Shown here piece after piece: positions 11,230 to 24,585 of a stretch of 64,000 nt of DNA; the stretch's first letter is position 1, and each line of letters begins with the position of its first letter. Both the position numbers and the translations under genes were made by a program. The DNA comes from Leptogorgia sarmentosa. Lineage: Eukaryota. Where the stretch lies: assembly GCA_964658305.1 (NCBI GenBank), contig OZ210885.1:19220001-19284000 (forward strand), read 5' to 3'. The notes beneath the pieces are model-generated. The model had not been told where the DNA came from. It did no database searches and saw only the letters and a list, made by a program, of their open reading frames with translations.

Positions 11230-14158
11230 TTACGTATCCATGAAAGGAAGTTTGCTGTTTCCCTTCAGCATCCTGTCCAGAACTTTAGAGCCACCACTGT
11301 GTCCCCTTAACTGCTCCAAAACTGTTGTTCTAAAGAAATGCCATGAAGTGCTTCCACCACTTTTTTCGGCTTTGGACTTCCAGTATGAAGTCATTGCTTC
11401 TCTGATAACTGCATCACCATGACCAAGACTAGGTCCATTGACAGCGATCGTGAATTCCTCTGTTGTGCTTTCCTCCTTCATATTCCTCCTGGGATCAAAA
11501 TGGTTCTCGAAAACCGACAAGGGATTCCAATACTGATTCGCAAGATATTTTGACACAGCACATGCTAATTGCTTGCATGACCATTTCAATATCAACAAAG
11601 AGACCACTCTCTGAATCGAAAAACAGCTTTAGGATATCCTTTGGATCTATTTTACGTAGCTGTTCAATAGAGTATTGCCGCGTTGATTCCTCCAATCGTT
11701 TCAAGAATTCTCTGTACTGCCTCTTGAATTCGTCATCGGACACAACGTTGAGAGATCAAACAGGAACTGCTCGGACAGCATTGACAAAAGCAGGACCCTG
11801 GGTAACCGCGATCTTGATGTGTCCTCCGTCTGGTGCTTTCAATCTACAGGCAATGTCTGGTAAATTCAGTACAGTTTTGGTGTGGTCAATTGTAGTGACT
11901 GCTTGTTCATCAAACACTTTGTCTTTCAGACATGAATACAATGTTGAAACGAGCATTGACAATCTCTCCTCAACTTGTTTCTCTGCGTTAACACTTTCCA
12001 AAATTGTTGCTTGCCTCCTCATGTTACGTGTCCGGCTTAGTAAATCTGCAGCAACAACAGCATTTTTGTCTAGAACAGGAACATTTCGAATCTCAGGGTG
12101 CTCAGGGACTCTTTGTCATCATGAAAAATCGGGAAAAGGCACTTTACTTTGGCCTTTTCATCGACAAATTTCCCACAATTCTCGTGGTCGGTAAGACACT
12201 TTACCATAGCTTGTAACACGTTGACCTCTTTCGTGAAAAGCTCAAGGCGTTCATGCGGTAGAAGATTAACAATTTGTGTTACATTCACTATCTTCCCATA
12301 TTGATCATAAATATCAGCACAACCGGCCAATGTTAACAGGAATCGTACATTCAGCAATTTTCCTTTCAACTCCTTTGCTTCACTTGCCTTTTCTCTCAAT
12401 TTCCCATCTGTTGGATTTTGATGAGAAAGTAGAATTTTCTCTTCTAGACATGTTATAATAGCAGGTAAGTCATGGTGGATATTAATATACACCTGGCGAC
12501 GACTGTTGGCAAACCTTGTTTCTGAAAACTTTACAAGTGGAGCTTCCAAAGCACCGATGCTTCTACTAGCTTTTCATGATTCTGTCCCCAATTAAACATT
12601 CTAAAAAGCTGGGAGCACACTTCCGTATCATTGACAAGCCATTGGAATCTCTCTTCCTTACACAGGTGGGTATCCACAAGACCACTTTTGTGCAGGGCGT
12701 CCCAAGCCCAGAAAACAGAATTTGGCGGTAGATCATAGACCGTTGGTGATTCTAAGGCTTTCTGGACACCAAGATGAAAATACTGACCATCGAACGACCC
12801 TCCTTCAATCTGGCATGATTTTATGTTGAATTTGTCCATCCCCTCTTTGATATTCCTAGCTAACTCGATGCCTGTGTGACCTTTGACAATAGGCTGGCCG
12901 AAACTAATCACCTGTAGCAGTTCTTCTGCATGTGGCATCACTGTAACACAAGATAAAAACTGTCTGGTATTGTGCTTATATGTAGCCTTATCTGCGGTGA
13001 TGTTTACAGCTGGAAGATGTCCAGTCTGAGGAAGCTTTTTGCCAATGAATTTGCTAACTCTTCGCACTATTGTCTTGCTGACAAAAGGTCTGAATGCTGC
13101 TGGAAACTTGCGTGAATGATTTAACTCTCCAACAACATCATCCTCGTAGTCGCTATAGGGGCGCCCTTTCAAGTAAAGTTTCATGCATAACCTTCCCAAA
13201 TTCATCCCAGCATTCTTGTTCTTTTTCTCCAACAAACTTTGTTTTGCCTTTCTTTCTTCTTCAGCTTTCACGTTTTTCTGATGACTGATAGAATCAATGA
13301 GATGACGTTTGACACTTTTCTTTAAATTAATGAATGCTCTTGGAAGATATTCGTGATCATCAAAATTTTGGTCTAAATCATATGGATATGTAAACACACC
13401 ATCTGTTGGGCCTGTTGCCTTTTCTGCACCAGAGTTCGCATTGTCCGAATCACAGCTTTGATGGCATACAACACATGCTAGCTCTGCAGTGTTACTATCA
13501 TACGTGAAACCAAGGTCAACGAGTTCTTTAAGGGACCTGATCGTTTTTATTCGTTTAATATCATCTGTGTATAAGCATAGGTATCCTTTGTAGCAGAGGA
13601 TGAGCTTTTATTTGGCAGTTTATTTGATTTCTCCACTCTCATTTCATTTTGGCTTTGCAACTCCGTTAGTTGACCCTGTATTTTGTCAAGTTTTGTCAAT
13701 ACAATGTTATCATTTGTGCTAGCAGGGATATTTGATAACTTTTCTAGAATCATGTCTAGTTTGGTTTTCTCACCAGTCCCTCCAGGACATCCAGTGTCCC
13801 AATCAACACTTTCATCTTCAATATCTTTTGTTGAATATAAAGGAGTTTGAAATTCCTGATCGACTGGGATAGGAGAATCGCGTGTTTCACCTTCACCAAT
13901 GTGTATTCTTTTTGGCAGAATATCTGATGAGGACTCTTGTAAATCACTGCCACTGGCACTGCATCGTTTTTTACTTGTTTCTACTTTCTTGAAGAAGGAA
14001 GTGGTAAGCTTTTTCTGTCCAAAAGGAGTCGTGTCTGTATGATCCTCTTGTGGGTGTTTTGTTTTTATGTGATCTTTGTAATTCTTTTGTAGTAAAGTTT
14101 TATAACAAACACGACACTTTGTCTCGGCACTTTCACTTCGAAAACTCGTTTTTGACAT
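11230..14158 (-). pseudogene. Divergent hAT-like transposase, multiply frameshifted
   Basis: N-terminal C2H2-like CRVC..HIKTKH. Core motifs in order: TADKAT, SFDGQYF, WDALHK, SETRFAN, SCESVLES, AVNGP, across ORFs 13547-14158, 12531-13397, 12070-12549, 11756-12022, 11495-11743 and 11230-11607. Confidence 0.7.
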
Positions 14159-14476
14159 TACAGAAAAAATAGTTTTGGAATATGTGTTATGTAATGAGCA
14201 ATTATTTTTAGTTCAATGGACTCAGTCAGTAAAAGTCAGCGGCCAATCTGTCTGTGAATACTTCATGTCAGAAGCACAAATTTGACATTTGTATTTCAAA
14301 ATGCCCCTAGAAATTGATTCTGTATTGTCACCCAGTGATTGTCGCATATTGTCCATATTCACAGGTGTTTTATATCACCAATGTTAAGTATGCAGCCTAT
14401 CTGTGTGAATGTGTGTGTACTGTAAATTGTGAAGAAAGATCTAAGTCATCTAACAACCGAAACAACGTATGTCATT

Positions 14477-14479
<3 letters not shown>

Positions 14480-14507
<28 letters not shown>
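14480..14507. repeat. (AT)n microsatellite
   Basis: About 14 AT units, read directly. Confidence 0.95.
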
Positions 14508-14510
<3 letters not shown>

Positions 14511-15601
14511 CATTATAGTGAGCTGAGTGTCAACTCTGTATTTATAAATTAATTAATTCATTCATTCTACTTAAATTTAAATTTACTGTATTTTAATTTA
14601 TTATTATTTATTCTATACTATTACTATTAAATAATAATAGCATCTTACTGTAGCACTGGCCACTGGGATTTGAAGCATAATTCATCAGTCATTACTATTT
14701 AATTTGCATTTTATTGGAGACTTTACAGAGCATATTTTTACCATTTACCCCAATGAGTCAGTCAATGTGATGGCAGGGGTGGCCGGGTGGGTAACAGAAT
14801 TAATTTCCGTGAAATGTTTAGAAGGTTGCTATGCTAGTATGTACAGTGTGAACATACTAAATAAATTATATCAAAAGTTATTTCAAAATGTTGAAATATT
14901 TTCTGGAAAATTTTCTGCGAAACTCTCAAACCAAAAAAAATTTCTTGGAACTAGGTTCCCAGGTTCCGATACTTTTTCCACTTCTGGCAGTTCGTGAGAA
15001 TGAACCGGGGAAATCCAGCGCGATATGTAGGTCTTGTTTTCTCCTCGTAAAGGGCATAAACGATCTAGTACGAAAATTCTCTTCGCTTTGCCAAAACAAC
15101 GACAACACTCGTAAAACCACTTCTTATGCAACTGCTCCGAGCAGTGGTAAACGCATGTTTCTACAACAGCAAAGTCCAGCGAGTAAAGCTGCATCACCTT
15201 CTCTAAAACTTAATAAACCCAAGCGTATAAGACCAATCACATCCCCGTCGGCATCAACATCTCCTACAAGTCGTACTTACGATATACCACCACAATCGGC
15301 GACAAATAGGATTTTAACTGGCTTGTTGTTATCAAGGTTTTCCACAACAACCATACAGTCCGACAATGAATCTGCGAAAAGGTCTGCAAAAAAAGCAATT
15401 GAAACTCGTAGTCACATGATTCTGAAATCTGCTGGTTTAAGGACGACCACTGAGGTAAATTTAGTATAAAATACTACTAATAATTCATGATGTTAAATAT
15501 TTTTTCTGTTTGTGCATGTATGATGCTAATCTCATACATTCATATAGAAATTTGCTAGTCTGAAACTGGCAGTGCCGAAATTTACCATGCACGAACCCTT
15601 A

Positions 15602-18600
15602 TAGATTAGACGGCTTTCTGCAAAATGTGTAGGCTAGAAGCATTTCTTAGTAAAAGTTGGGAACCACACTTTTTACTGTAATTAGAATATGCTGAATTCA
15701 GCTATACCTGTTCCCAAAGCATATTTTGGGTTTCTGACCATCTAATTAGCATAAACAAAATGGCTGCAAAATTGACAATTTTTTCCCATATTTGTATAAT
15801 TGGCACAATTATAACATTTGAATAACTGCAATTTCTTCACATGTAACGTTTTTTTTATTTTTTCCTTCGTTTACCAATGAAATATACAAAATCTCGATGT
15901 TTTTTCCATAATACCCCCCCTTATCTAAAATAATAACAATTTGAACTATAATGTTATTACACAAAAGTCTATGGCGCTACTTATATATATATACTGTCTT
16001 AAATCTTGTCTTGTTTGTTTCACACGAAACCAAGTATGGCATTCGTATTTAATGCTAATTTAAGATATAGACGTGAGCAGGGAGCACAGTTTTCTCAGCA
16101 AAGGTAAATCACGCTGTGTTCATACACGGATCGTCACTATTTTGGTGACATTTACAAACTGACGTACATACTAATCCTGATTTTCGACATTTGCATCGTC
16201 GAGTTTGGCACTGTGTTCGACATCCACAGGCCACCATTTCCAAACAGCTGGCTGGAATAGCGCACAATGACATAAGGATTGGTTCCCAACCTGCTTCACA
16301 AAGCCTCCATCCCATTTCGGTGGGGACAGGCAGCTCTGGTTGTGGACAGAAAGCATTTATCCATACCATTGCCTGATAGTGTACCCTCATTAGATGGAAA
16401 CGAAAAGCGTCACTTGTTGGAGGCATGGCTTCTGGTTTGGCTGTCTTTGGGAACAACAGATGTCACGCTGTGTCAACAGAATCAGTTCTCTGAACGTTGT
16501 ACATTCTACACATAAATGCTTCTGAGGACATTATCTTTTCTTCGGTTAGGTCGCCCACGCCCAATTCATTCAACAATGCATGATGCTCTTTAAAGATCCG
16601 CCACGCGGTTCTCTTTGTGTGATCAGCGATGTACGACGTGGTGTCACACCCGGTCAGCGCATGGAATGCAAGCAAGGTAGATACCGAACCACTAGGAAGG
16701 TTGTTAAATACCAGTCCAATAGGAATGCATCGTCGCTTCTTTGAAGTGCCAGACATCATCCAAAGTTGCTCACATCCCATTCTTTGAAAGTGGTAGACGA
16801 GAAGTAGGAGAACATCGGTGTCCCTGGAGACCACAACAACTGTATTAAACTGGCTATTGATGGCATGGAGCACCAATCTTGTGTCCGCCTCTTCGTGTGT
16901 GGACTTGAAAGGTGTCACGTCAGTTGTATCTTTTGATGATTTGACCATTAATTCATCTTTAAAACCTCCAGCAACTAAAATTTCTTTATCAGCAGGAGCC
17001 TGTAAATACAGTTGCTCAGACAGGAAATGAGCCAGATCTGCTTTATTATCCGCTAGAGAGAGAACATTTTGCCAGTTTTTTGGAAGGGGTACATCACGAC
17101 CTTCAACAACTCTTCTGATTGGACGCGCGCCTTTGCTTCGCCTTGTTCTTGTGGTACCCTTGATTGTGGCTTTTCTGTATCTATCGAAGACAATGTCGAT
17201 TCTGTGATATTTTGCACCTGCTTTTAGCACTGCGTTCACATATGCATCAGCGAGATCTCCAAATGTCACAGCACCATCAGGTTTTCCAAGAACCACCACC
17301 AATGCTTGGCCATCAATAAGACATGAGGACGTATCATGCAGTTTAATTACTTCCGGACAGTCTATGCCTTCAGTTATCACTTCAGCGAGTACTGCCTTGT
17401 TTCCACTTCGTAGATTGCCATTCATTTCAGCAGGGGATATTGGGACTGGTAGAAGCTCGTGTTTGAGTATGGACGGAAGATCTACGGGTCGACTCGCCTC
17501 ATAGGCAGTTATTAGGCGCCGGAGGATATTTCTGTCAGCTTTCAGGACCTCTTTCTTGTCTTTCTCCTTTGTCTGTTTCGCTACCTCGTATAAAGTGGCA
17601 AATGTGGGGGCATTATTTCGTCGCAGAGGATCATGGATTGAAACAGCTGGCTTGTCAAAACCTTCTGCAGTTACCAGGCGGTCCTGAGCGAATCCCTCGA
17701 CTTCATTCATTCCAAGCTCTTTTGCATGTAGCAGTGAGTCTTGAATCGGTTGTGTTGCAAGGTCTTCTGTGGCAATGTTTTGCAACGTGTCTGGATGTGA
17801 TACGGGTGAGAAGACACTGTACCCGAGAAGCGTGGTTAATAAATAATTTTCGTCGTCATTATCTCTCTTTTGCCGTGACTTAGTTGCTTCATTGTGGTGA
17901 TCTGTACCTCCATGAGATAGCCTGTACAGTTGATGCGTTTGTTCTGCGATGTGAGATCTCAGGTTGAATGAGAGCGTCCACCTGCATAGAGCTGACGTCG
18001 TTTTTGTGATACCAACAATACCACCTCCCCTTTTTCCTGTGCTATTTATCCATTCCATGGCTTGATCCGGGTCTATTTGACTAAAACGTCTAGGTGATCT
18101 CTTGACAACAAAGTTACCCTTTTGGAACTCTGTTAAAACAGCTTCAGGAAGTTGATTCATCTCCACTAGATAAACTGGACCCCATCGTGCATAGTTCAGA
18201 TGATCATACCTCTTAAAATAAGGCAGCATTTGTTTGAAAGAGTGAAGATGAAGGTCCCAGATGCCATCACGCTGAGCACGAGTGTACCGCAACAACACAG
18301 AGACCATTTCCATATAGTTCCACCAGAAACGAAAGTTGACGTCATCTGATCTGCTCTGGATAAATTCCTCCAAGGTATTCCAGAACTTTTCTTGATCCAG
18401 GTAAGTTATGAGTTTTGGAATCATTTGAGGGTCATCAGCAGCAGCCATTCCTGATATGTAATTGTAACCTTCATCGCTGTCTTCGAGAAAGGAGAGAAAA
18501 CGAGGCATCAGGAGTTGCCAAAGGGCTTGCAAAGTCAGCTCGTGTGCCCTCATAGCTTTGTTATATGCTTTTCCAGCTAGAACAAGTTCTACAGTTCCTT

Positions 18601-21205
18601 CTCGCAACAACCCGCTCTCAATCCATGTTTCAGCTAGTCCACAGCCATGCATATGATCTCCTATGGCCTTGAGGAAGTTCATTGCTACATGAAGACCACC
18701 AAGACGAGGTATTAACTTATTCTGGTACTCTGGGACAGACCACTTGAGTTCCATAAGCCTGCAATACAGAGCCTGGTCAACCGTGAGAACCGTATGCTCT
18801 TGACCAAAGTGAGAAGATATTGCCATGAACCTCTTCACAGCAGTATTCAAAGTATCCAGATCGTGAGCCGGTGCGAGAATTATGGGCAAATAACCAACTG
18901 CTGTTTGCTCTGATGATAACGACTGATTGAATACTGTCCATGAGGGTTTTAACTTATCTTGACGATGTAAAAAGAAAGCAAGGTCTGTAGCTTTGGCTTG
19001 TTGAGCATTCTCATTGTCCGCCTCAGGATTGACCGCTGATATTTCATTGACAGGTGTTGAAAATACAGGTGCGCAAGTTCCAGGAGTTATTCGTACGGGG
19101 TGCAGTTCCTCCAGGGCACTTGGCACATTTAATGTACGTTTCGTTGATGGCTCAAGATCTTTAAGAGATTCATCTGATGCTTGACTTCTTTGCCACGCTG
19201 CCATTTGAGTTGCGTGGAAAGTGTTTTTTCCATCAAGTGTCTCATCCAGGATGTCAATGTTATCACAAGTGTAGTGGATGAACTTATTGGCCTCTATGTT
19301 TGTAGGAATAACTGCGCCAGTAGTCTCGTCCAGAGATTTAAGCGTGCTCTCAGCTAAGGAAGTGTCCACTTGTAGCACTTGTTCATAACTTAGACAATGT
19401 CCTGCCTTGTTAAACAATCGTACTAGGTCTTTTGATCGCGTGGCTTGATGGAGGGTGCTTGCGAGACCAACATGTTTTGGTGTCCACTTCCTTCCACCAC
19501 TGACGATGTAGACAAGATCTTGTGCAACACTTAAAACTCTGCTTCGGATATGCTCTTCAGTGTTCTCAGGACATTCATTCTCAAGTGACGTCTGTCCACC
19601 AACAATCAGTCTCAGTAGCATATATAAACTATCTGGTATGCAGGCTATAGCATCGTCTTCACTGACCGAGAAACCTTTGTGTCCTGGCGTTTCCAGCATA
19701 TCACTCCGTACTTTCAAGGCTACATGAACAAGTGAAAGGAAGATGTCATCTTGCGGTTCATACTTGGGAAAGGCAAAATCTTCCACTTCCTTCTGTGTCT
19801 CCTGTTCGATCTGCATAACTGCTGCTGGTTGGTACTTAGCTGGTATCAATACGGTTTTTCTTTCTGTTATACATCTATCAAGAGGTTGGAAGAAATTGAA
19901 TGTGTCTCCAAGCTGTGACTGCAACTTTTCTTTGAAAGTTCCTCTTCTGCTTTGATATGATGGTTGAATATTGGTTGAAGACTCTTCAGCTAGCTCTTTA
20001 TACCTTTCCCAGACGGTATCCAGAAGAATTACGTTTCCCCTGTCAGCTGCTTGTTGAAGCTCTTGACGAAGCCATATCATTGCTAAATCTGTGTTTGCTG
20101 ATTCTTCTTTTGTTTTCGACGTAGATCTGTTAAATGCACTAAGACAAGGTAGGTGATATTTTGCTTCCGCTGCAATGAGGTCAATAACTCCTGCTAGTCG
20201 AAGACCAACGTTATAGTCAAGATGTGAGGCTTGAATTATTTGCTCACTCATCTGTTTAGTCATGACTGAGCTCAGTCGTACCTTCTTGTTAGGCGATTGA
20301 CAGAAAATGCAAAAGCTCCAGTTGACAGGCTGTGCACCCTTCCTCAATAAACGCCTATTGCCAACAGCAACTTCAGTACTGCAACCAGCTTGATCCTCAG
20401 TTAAATGCCGTGCCTGAGTTTTGAGACGTTCAATTTTACTCTTGTCAGTAAAGTGAGCATAACATGTTATATGCCACACGAGAGGTGTCGCCGTGCCTGA
20501 ATTCAATGCATTCTCAACGCGATTAATGGCATCATGATTTTTGGAATCTCTAAGCTTGTGTCTTGCACATGCTGCATTCCTGACTGTTGTAACTCCATGT
20601 TCAGTTGCAGTACTCAAGTTTGTTTTGGCTTTGTGTGTTTGGCAAAAAATACACAAGTTGTAATCTACAACAGATTGTCTCTTCAGGCTGATTACAGGTT
20701 CCATTTAGCCCGTGATATAACTACATCCAGGGTCTAAAGGTGTAAACTATATAAATATCATAGACTGTAAAAACCATCAATTTTTAAAGAAAGAGATCAA
20801 CATATGAAACGAATCATTAGAAATTTGCATATACTATTTGCATGACAATGTTTTCGATAATAATCAATTTTAGATTGCTCACTGCAATTTACTAAGATGT
20901 AATTATTTTAAAAATCATGATCTCTTTACCTTGCATCCTTTTAATGGCTCTAAGGTTCATAAATATAACTTTTTTTAACTCTTTAAGAGCAAACAAGAAT
21001 TTGGCAGCCATCTTGTTTATGTAATTGGCGGCCATATTTTTATGCTATTAATTAGAGGGTCAATACCCGCAACTTGTGCCTGGGAACAGGTACAGTTGAA
21101 ATCAGCACAGTTTAATTATATAAAAAAGTTAGGTTCCCAACTTTTACTAAGAAATGCTTCTAGACCCATTATAGTAAGACCTTTTCTATAAATGCATCTA
21201 ATCTA
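15602..21205 (-). mobile_element. AcademX (Academ) DNA transposon, full length
   Basis: Termini TAGATTAGA..TCTAATCTA with 3-bp TSD TTA (15599-15601, 21206-21208). Imperfect long TIRs share CTAGAAGCATTTCTTAGTAAAAGTTGGGAACC. Confidence 0.88.
16109..20704 (-). pseudogene. Academ transposase with XPG/PIN-like nuclease and C-terminal Cys8 (CXC) domain; one in-frame TGA
   Basis: The 1413-aa ORF and the 16109-16456 ORF are in the same frame, separated only by TGA at 16465-16463. Motifs: AAEAKYH..C, CDNID, DQALY, RLGGLH, NYARW, DQAME, HEEADTR, DTDV, GCDTTS, CGCRTQCQTRRCKCRKSGLVCTSVCKC. Confidence 0.9.
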
Positions 21206-21793
21206 TTATAAATAACCCAATTTCATAAAAAACTGAAATCAATCACAAACAATTAATATACAGTCTTTACGAAACTTATGATGCAGTGTGGATAAACTTC
21301 TACCCTGCCTCTACTGTGAAATTCCATCTGCAAAAGTATACGAAAGTTGTAGGTTAACATAGTGAGAAACATAGGATGAGCAAATTGAGCATGCGATTGT
21401 TAATTTCCTTATTGATTCATGACTTTCTTTTCAGCATTTCCACACACAAGATGTTATAGTAGAATCGGATGCAAGGAAACTGTTTTTGGCGTTAAACACA
21501 CGTATCCCTGCAGAACTGTGTCGTGTCATTTTTTCATTACCAAACTAAAGCCCGGCGCACACTAGAGGAAACAGCTAAGCTGAGCGTCACTCGTGAACGT
21601 TGGCGTAAGCGGTTTCCTCTAGTGTGCGCAGCCGTTTTCTGTGATTTCTGCCACGCGTGCTATCGGCGACAAATATTCAACATGTTGAATACTTTTGGCA
21701 GGAATGACATTTTCCTCCAAGTGTGCGCGCGTCCTGAGGAAATAGCTCAGCAGTCGAAGGGACTGCGCATGCGTTCAAAACTCAATTATCAAG

Positions 21794-23864
21794 ATGGCGG
21801 ATGATGAATCAAGCTCCTCTGAAGATGAACAAATTTTATTGCTCCTTTTATTACTGAGACGAAGACGCTTGATAGCGGCTAATAGAAAGACGTGGGTTAA
21901 GCAGTGGATTTTACGCCGCCAAGCACAGGGAGCATGTGCGAATATTGTTTGCGAATTGAATTGTGAAGACCCAGAGAAATTCAGGCAATACCATCGACTG
22001 GACAGATGTTTATTCAAAGAAGTTTTAGCATTGGTATCACCAGTGATTGCAAAGAAAGACACTCATTTACGTTGTTCTTTAAAGCCTATTGAGCGACTAT
22101 CTGTTACATTGCGCTTTTTGGCCACAGGTTTGTGTTACATGTTACCCATTATAATCAGTTTACTTTTATGAAGTTGCAATTTTGAAATACTTATGACCCT
22201 ATTAATTACACTTATTTTTTTAAGGAGAGACATTTAGAAGTGTTTCTTTCCAATACCAAATCGGCGAAAGAACAATATCTGCAATCGTAGAAGAAACATG
22301 CTTTGCCTTGCATGAAGTTTTGAAAGACAAATATTTAAAGGTATTAATTTTAATAGAACAGTTATTCCAATATATAGTTTTACACAAAGTAGCAATTATC
22401 TAATTAAATATAAAAGGAAAGTATTTTTTGTTCAATGTTATAAAAGTATTCAGTCACGTTTGCCAACTAGCACAACTGTTTGCATTATTTAATGGTGTTA
22501 AACCATTCTCCCCATGGTACATCTGTGGTTGAGGGCTTGATATTCCAGTTTGCAATATTGGCTGGAAATAATTTCTCTGAGGTTGAATAACACTCTGTGT
22601 CTGCAGCTCTTGTCTTAATAAGCCAGCCTGTGCTTGAAAAAGAATGTTGTTAATCTTATTCTGTGCTAAACTACTTGTTAGACCATCTAACTCTGATAAT
22701 GCCTTAGCGATGTAATTTCCAAAAGCCTCAAACATTGTATCATTTTGCTTTGGTGGATTTTTTCTTTTATTCTTATTTGCAACTGATTGTGATAAATTTT
22801 TTATCAGATTGTATTCCTCCTCTGCCTGTTTCTTTCTTGTTGTTAGTCGCCTTTTCAATGGTTGACTTGTTGACTTTTGTGAAACTTGATCTCCTCCATA
22901 CTCTCTTTCATTAGCCAGGCTGCTTGCAATTGAGAGATCAAGTGAACCATTGTTATCATCACTTTCATCATCATCATCATCTTCCCTTTCAAAACTCATC
23001 TCTGATGGAGTACTGCTATGACTAGCAAGACCAGCAGTACCAGTAATACAAGTTTCCTAAATATAAAAACATTTATTTCAGACCCCTGACAAAAAAGAAG
23101 ATTGGCTACAAATTGCTGCGAAATTTAATAGCAAGTGGAATTATCCTTGCTGTTTGGGAGCCATAGATGGAAAGCATATTGCTGTTCAACAATCTGCAGA
23201 CACAGGCTCTGAGTTCTTCAACTACAAGCATTTTTTTAGTGTAATCTTACTAGCCATGGTCGATGCAAACTATAAGTTTATCTATGTTGATATTGGGGCA
23301 GCTGGCAGAGCAGGAGATGCTGGTGTTTTTGCCGATTCATCGTTGAAGAAAGCACTGCTGACTAACACTTTAGACCTCCCAGATGCAGTTGCATTACCAG
23401 GGGTATCAACAAATGTATCCCATCATATTGTTGGGGACGATGCCTTCCCACTGAGTACCAGAGTGATGAAACCATTCCCTTTTTGCAATTTGGCAAAGGA
23501 GAAGAGAATATTTAACTACAGGTTATCACGAGCACGAAGGGTTGTAGAAAATGCCTTTGGCATTTTAGCCCATAGGTGGAGGGTGTTTTTAACAACCATT
23601 AAACTATCACCAGAAAAGGTCACTGGCATTATATTTGCAGCCTGTTGTTTACACAATTTAATGGTTGAAAAAAACAAGGCAAGTTATGCATCAGCTGCAG
23701 ACCAAGAAGATGCTGATCATGTTTTGGTGCAGGGAACCTGGAGAAATGACCAAGCTTTAAACAGCATGCAACCCACAACCCTCCACAATGCAACGAGAAA
23801 TGCGAAAACCCAAAGGGAACTCTTGACAAAATACTTTAATGAACATGGATCCTTGGCAAAATAA
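21794..23864 (+). CDS. Harbinger (HARBI1-like) DDE transposase; exons 21794-22127, 22225-22340, 23082-23864
   Basis: GT-AG junctions preserve frame (LRFLAT/GETFRS..YLK/TPDKKEDW). Motifs GAIDGKH, FFNYK, VGDDAFPL, RRVVENAFG. A small frameshift is likely in the last few codons (GSLAK* versus ..WQNNMV). Confidence 0.9.
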
Positions 23865-24585
23865 TATGGTTGTTTAGCCATATTAATTAAACAGATACTT
23901 TCTGTAAATATGTTTCATTTTCATAAACCACATAATACCTGTATATAAATTCAATAAATTGTTATATGTGTCAAATGCATGCTTTAATTTCATACTTACC
24001 AAATCAATGTTTGAAATTGAAGCTCTAGTAGCTACATGAGGGGTTAAAAATTGCAATCTTTCGAGTAGCCATTGAGTGCGTTTCGTGGGATTTTTCCTTG
24101 CACTTCCACTTGGCGGTGGCTTCTTTGCTTTACCGAAGCTGTTTTGCAAGGACTTTATTTTATTTTTGACCCATTCACCTAGAATGAATTTGAATTAATT
24201 TGCTGGCACATGCAACCAACATGCTGGCTGGCTTTCTAATATTTTGTGCAACATAATTCAATCACAAAATTCTTGCAATTGATGATTCAAAGCAGAATGA
24301 AACTACAAAATTACTCATACACGTGTAGGCTGTTTACTGTTACCAACAATATTTCAAACGCTATATAAAGGTTATATATTATAGTAAACGCTAATATTCA
24401 ATGAATTAAATCTTACATGTTGTCTCAAGTTTTTCGGCCATTTCTTGAAAAGCTTTCTCGCGTAAATCCCTGTTCTTGAAATCTGGAGAGCGTACATCGT
24501 ACAAACAAGGATAGTCGGGCCAAATATCAGCTAGTTTATCTTCCAGAATGGCTTCAGCAACTAATACCGAACTGCTTGCCGCCAT
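22454..24585 (-). CDS. Harbinger MADF/Myb-like DNA-binding protein; exons 24585-24417, 24178-24000, 23056-22454
   Basis: MADF-like YPCLYDVRSPDFKNRDLREKAF..CEWVKNKIKSLQNSFG..WLLERLQFL. C-terminal FEAFGNYIAKAL..INNILFQAQ. All GT-AG junctions preserve frame. Confidence 0.88.

Noticed and set aside
11463..12194. 243-aa plus-strand ORF, and many other short antisense ORFs, as real genes
   Set aside because: They are shadows of coding sequence on the opposite strand and have no recognisable motifs.
21523..21804. Near-identical ORFs 21523-21804 (+) and 24406-24762 (-) as duplicated genes
   Set aside because: The shared peptide is a translation of the Harbinger TIR.
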